From Gammaproteobacteria bacterium (GTDB taxonomy: Bacteria > Pseudomonadota > Gammaproteobacteria > Eutrophobiales > Eutrophobiaceae): a stretch of DNA of 64,000 nucleotides. The notes beneath the pieces were generated by a model, which made no database searches, was not told where the DNA came from, and saw only the letters and a list, made by a program, of their open reading frames with translations. Both the position numbers and the translations under genes were made by a program. Below are positions 61,107 to 64,000 of the stretch, piece after piece. The stretch covers positions 5,238 to 69,237 of the forward strand of contig JANQJZ010000048.1 of NCBI GenBank assembly GCA_028281365.1. The letters are read 5' to 3'. Within the stretch, counting starts at the first letter, position 1. The number at the start of each line of letters is the position of its first letter.

Positions 61107-62372
61107 TTAATGCGAACCGACAATATTGCGGCCACGTTCCCGATCATATGCCTGACTATATTCACTTGCGAGAACTTCTGCTTCCGCCCGTTGACCATCT
61201 GATAATTTTTCACGAAGACGGGTTAATGCTTCGTTTACATTATCATCACCATTTTCATCCGCAAGTAATAACCATGCATATGCGCGTTTGTAATCCTTTT
61301 CAACTCCCAGGCCTTTCGCGTAGCGTACACCTAACATATGTTGTGCTTTTTGATAACCTTGTTTGGCGGAACGTTCAAACCATAAACACGCTTCTGTTTC
61401 GTCTTTTGCTACACCCTGACCATTTAGATAGAGATATCCCAAACGATATTGGGCTTTGTTATAACCGCCTTCAGCTGCCAATCGGTAATATTTTGCCGCT
61501 TCAATCTCGTTAACAGGAACACCCAAACCAAACGCATGTAGCTTTCCTAACTGGTAATTTGCTTTTACATAAGATTGTTTAGACGCCAATTCAAAACATT
61601 TGGCAGCTTCATCATAATCCTGGGCAACACCCAATCCATTAACATAGAACAATCCCATATTAAATTGGGCACGTGCATAGCCCTGTTTTGCTGCAAGTTG
61701 ATGCCACTTAAATGCAGCCTCGTCGTCCTGGGAGACACCGAGACCACCGCCATACATTAACGCCAGATTATATTGCGCTTTGGCATAACCCTGGTTGGCC
61801 GCTTCCTGATACCAGTGTGCCGCTTCCTTTTCATTTATCTCCGTACCCTGTCCGCGCGCAAACATCAGTCCAACATTAAGTTGTGCCTTCATGTGTCCCT
61901 GCTCTGCGGCACGTAGATACCATTTAACGGCCTCGGAATAATCTTGCTCGGTGCCAACACCATTTGAATACATATAGGCCAGGTTATAACGCGCACCTGC
62001 ATGACCTGACTCGGCTGATTTTAAATACCATTCGAAAGCCTGTTTGAAGTCTTTATCAACACCAAGTCCATGTTGATAGCACCAGGCAAGGTTTGCCTGT
62101 GCCGTGGCCTCCCCTTTTTCAGCCGATTTTTGTAACCAGGTTGCTGCCTGATTATGATCTTCCGGTACCCCGATACCACGTAAGTACATTTGTCCTAATC
62201 TTGATTGGGCCTTTGTTGCATCTTGATCTGCAGCCTTACGATACCAATAAGCCGCCTGTCCCTGGTCGAGCGGGACGCCAAAGCCGTTCTCATAAAGCTC
62301 GGCGAGCTGAAACTGGGCATCAACATCTCCCAGGTTTGCCTCTTCTGTCAATGCTGATAATTGAACACTCAT
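61107..62372 (-). CDS. Sel1-like repeat protein
   Basis: About 10 repeats of AQ..LG.MY..G.GV..D...A..WY..AA.QG; no signal peptide seen. Confidence 0.93.
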   Translation of the reverse strand: MSVQLSALTEEANLGDVDAQFQLAELYENGFGVPLDQGQAAYWYRKAADQDATKAQSRLGQMYLRGIGVPEDHNQAATWLQKSAEKGEATAQANLAWCYQHGLGVDKDFKQAFEWYLKSAESGHAGARYNLAYMYSNGVGTEQDYSEAVKWYLRAAEQGHMKAQLNVGLMFARGQGTEINEKEAAHWYQEAANQGYAKAQYNLALMYGGGLGVSQDDEAAFKWHQLAAKQGYARAQFNMGLFYVNGLGVAQDYDEAAKCFELASKQSYVKANYQLGKLHAFGLGVPVNEIEAAKYYRLAAEGGYNKAQYRLGYLYLNGQGVAKDETEACLWFERSAKQGYQKAQHMLGVRYAKGLGVEKDYKRAYAWLLLADENGDDNVNEALTRLREKLSDGQRAEAEVLASEYSQAYDRERGRNIVGSH

Positions 62373-62478
62373 AACTCGTTATCGTTATCCTGTTCTTCCA
62401 GAAATCACCAGTATCTTACTGTTTTGTATAGCATTGCAATCAATTATAGCAAGTCATATTCTGCTAAACTGATGAACC

Positions 62479-63477
62479 ATGCCGGAAAATAACAAATATC
62501 ATGGTTATAACGAACTCACCCCTGACACCATCGTAAATGCAATTGAATCACTGGGCTACCTGTCCGATAGACGAATCCTCGCCCTGAATAGTTATGAAAA
62601 CAGGGTATATCAAGTTGGAATAGAAAATGATTCGCCAATAATTGTGAAATTTTATCGTCCCGGACGCTGGACGAATGAAATGATAATTGAAGAACATCAA
62701 TTTACATTGGACCTGGCCAAACAGGAAATCCCCGTTATTGCACCGAATTTAATCGACGGAAATAGTCTGTTTAATTATCGTGAATATCGATTCTCGATCT
62801 ATCCACGCTTCGGGGGTTATGCGCCTGAGCTGGATAATTCGGATCATTTATTACAACTGGGGCGTATCATTGCCCAGATTCACAATATTGGTGAAACTAA
62901 AATCTTTCAGGCAAGACCTGAAATAAGTATCAACGATTTTGCTACCAGACCAGTTAATTATTTACTGGAAAATAATTTCATCCCGATTGATCTAATTGAT
63001 GCTTACACCAGCCTGACCAAAGATCTGATAAAACGGATTAAAGATTGCTTTGATCAAGCAGGTAAAATAAAAACAATTCGATTACACGGCGACTGTCATC
63101 ATGGTAATGTTTTAACGCGGGATGAGAATTTTTACATAGTTGATTTTGATGATGCACGAACCGGTCCTGCTATACAGGATATCTGGATGTTTTTATCGGG
63201 TGATCGGCAATATATGACTTCCAGACTCAATGATTTTATGGAGGGTTATATTGAATTTCGAGGTTTTAATCCTTCAGAATTACATTTGATTGAAGCCCTG
63301 AGGACGTTAAGATTAATACATTATTCAGCCTGGTTGGCAGAGCGTTGGGATGATCCGGCATTTCCGATCGCATTCCCGTTTTTTAATACGCAACGCTATT
63401 GGGAAGAACAAATACTAAGTTTAAGAGAACAGGCTGCATTAATGGAAGAACCATCCCTGGATTGGCATTTGCATTAA
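62479..63477 (+). CDS. srkA: stress response Ser/Thr kinase (RdoA/SrkA)
   Basis: LNSYENRVY, VKFYRPGRW, RLHGDCH.GN, DFDD, RWDDPAFP. Confidence 0.93.
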   Translation: MPENNKYHGYNELTPDTIVNAIESLGYLSDRRILALNSYENRVYQVGIENDSPIIVKFYRPGRWTNEMIIEEHQFTLDLAKQEIPVIAPNLIDGNSLFNYREYRFSIYPRFGGYAPELDNSDHLLQLGRIIAQIHNIGETKIFQARPEISINDFATRPVNYLLENNFIPIDLIDAYTSLTKDLIKRIKDCFDQAGKIKTIRLHGDCHHGNVLTRDENFYIVDFDDARTGPAIQDIWMFLSGDRQYMTSRLNDFMEGYIEFRGFNPSELHLIEALRTLRLIHYSAWLAERWDDPAFPIAFPFFNTQRYWEEQILSLREQAALMEEPSLDWHLH

Positions 63478-63485
63478 TTTTTAAT

Positions 63486-64000
63486 ATGACGATAAGCAAT
63501 ATAGAAAAACTGGATACAGAATATAATGCATCCAACAAAGATGTAGAGGAATATAATTGGCAATATATTCTCGATATTGCCAAACAACACAAACCTCAAT
63601 TGATTATGGCAAACGTGATCGCGGTAGTCGCGACACTGGCCAGCGTACCTGTACCGCTATTATTACCGCTACTTGTCGACGAAGTTTTGTTAAACCAACC
63701 CGGGTTTGTTGTAAGCACTATTAATAAAATAACGCCTGTAGAATGGCATGGACCAATCCTTTATATATTATTTATCCTGTTTCTTACTTTATTTTTACGT
63801 CTCACTGCGTTGTGTTTGAATGTTCTGCAAACACGTCAATTTACAATAATTGCCAAGGATGTGATTTTTTTAATACGCCAACGTTTATTGTCGCGTTTGA
63901 ATACCGTCTCCATGTCAGAATATGAGACCCTGGGCAGCGGTACCGTCGCGTCCTATTTTGTCACTGATCTGGCAACGGTTGACGAGTTTGTCGGAACAAC
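63486..64000 (+). CDS. ABC transporter fused permease/ATPase (5' part; runs off the window)
   Basis: Manual translation: MTISNIEK...ANVIAVVATLASVPVPLLLPLLVDEVLL...SMSEYETLGSGTVASYFVTD, an ABC transmembrane-domain pattern. Confidence 0.8.
   Translation, partial: MTISNIEKLDTEYNASNKDVEEYNWQYILDIAKQHKPQLIMANVIAVVATLASVPVPLLLPLLVDEVLLNQPGFVVSTINKITPVEWHGPILYILFILFLTLFLRLTALCLNVLQTRQFTIIAKDVIFLIRQRLLSRLNTVSMSEYETLGSGTVASYFVTDLATVDEFVGT

Noticed and set aside
61107-62372. Sel1 repeats as a DNA repeat element
   Set aside because: Repeats are at protein level and diverged in DNA; this is a common family.

Overview
AT-rich gammaproteobacterial chromosome segment, mostly housekeeping genes. In order: mdh (partial) and gltA divergent from sucA-sucB-lpdA; a LysR regulator; a PHA cluster (phaA-phaB-phaR-phasin, no phaC in the window); the conserved leuB-asd-fimV-truA-trpFBA-accD-folC-dedD-cvpA-purF string; dapC-dapD-ArsC family; fur/bamE/rnfH/ratA/smpB/ssrA; then an accessory stretch (about 37.2-50 kb), ald, an AddAB-like helicase/nuclease pair, egtD, endonuclease I, mltF, a Sel1-repeat protein, srkA and a partial ABC transporter. 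Most interesting signals: (1) two tandem genes (43104-45059) sharing an unrecognised ~70-aa N-terminal domain placed in front of signal-peptide-like segments and unrelated C-terminal parts, behind a near-consensus sigma28 promoter and a long structured leader; (2) an AT-rich STAS-GHKL / STAS / membrane-protein trio right after ssrA, preceded by degenerate inverted copies of the tmRNA 3' end; (3) a ~530-bp cassette bounded by 17-bp inverted repeats between bamE and rnfH; (4) a candidate sRNA with an anti-SD loop divergent from the LysR gene; (5) two small ORFs with ECF-like promoters between smpB and ssrA. All calls come from reading motifs by eye; no database searches were run.
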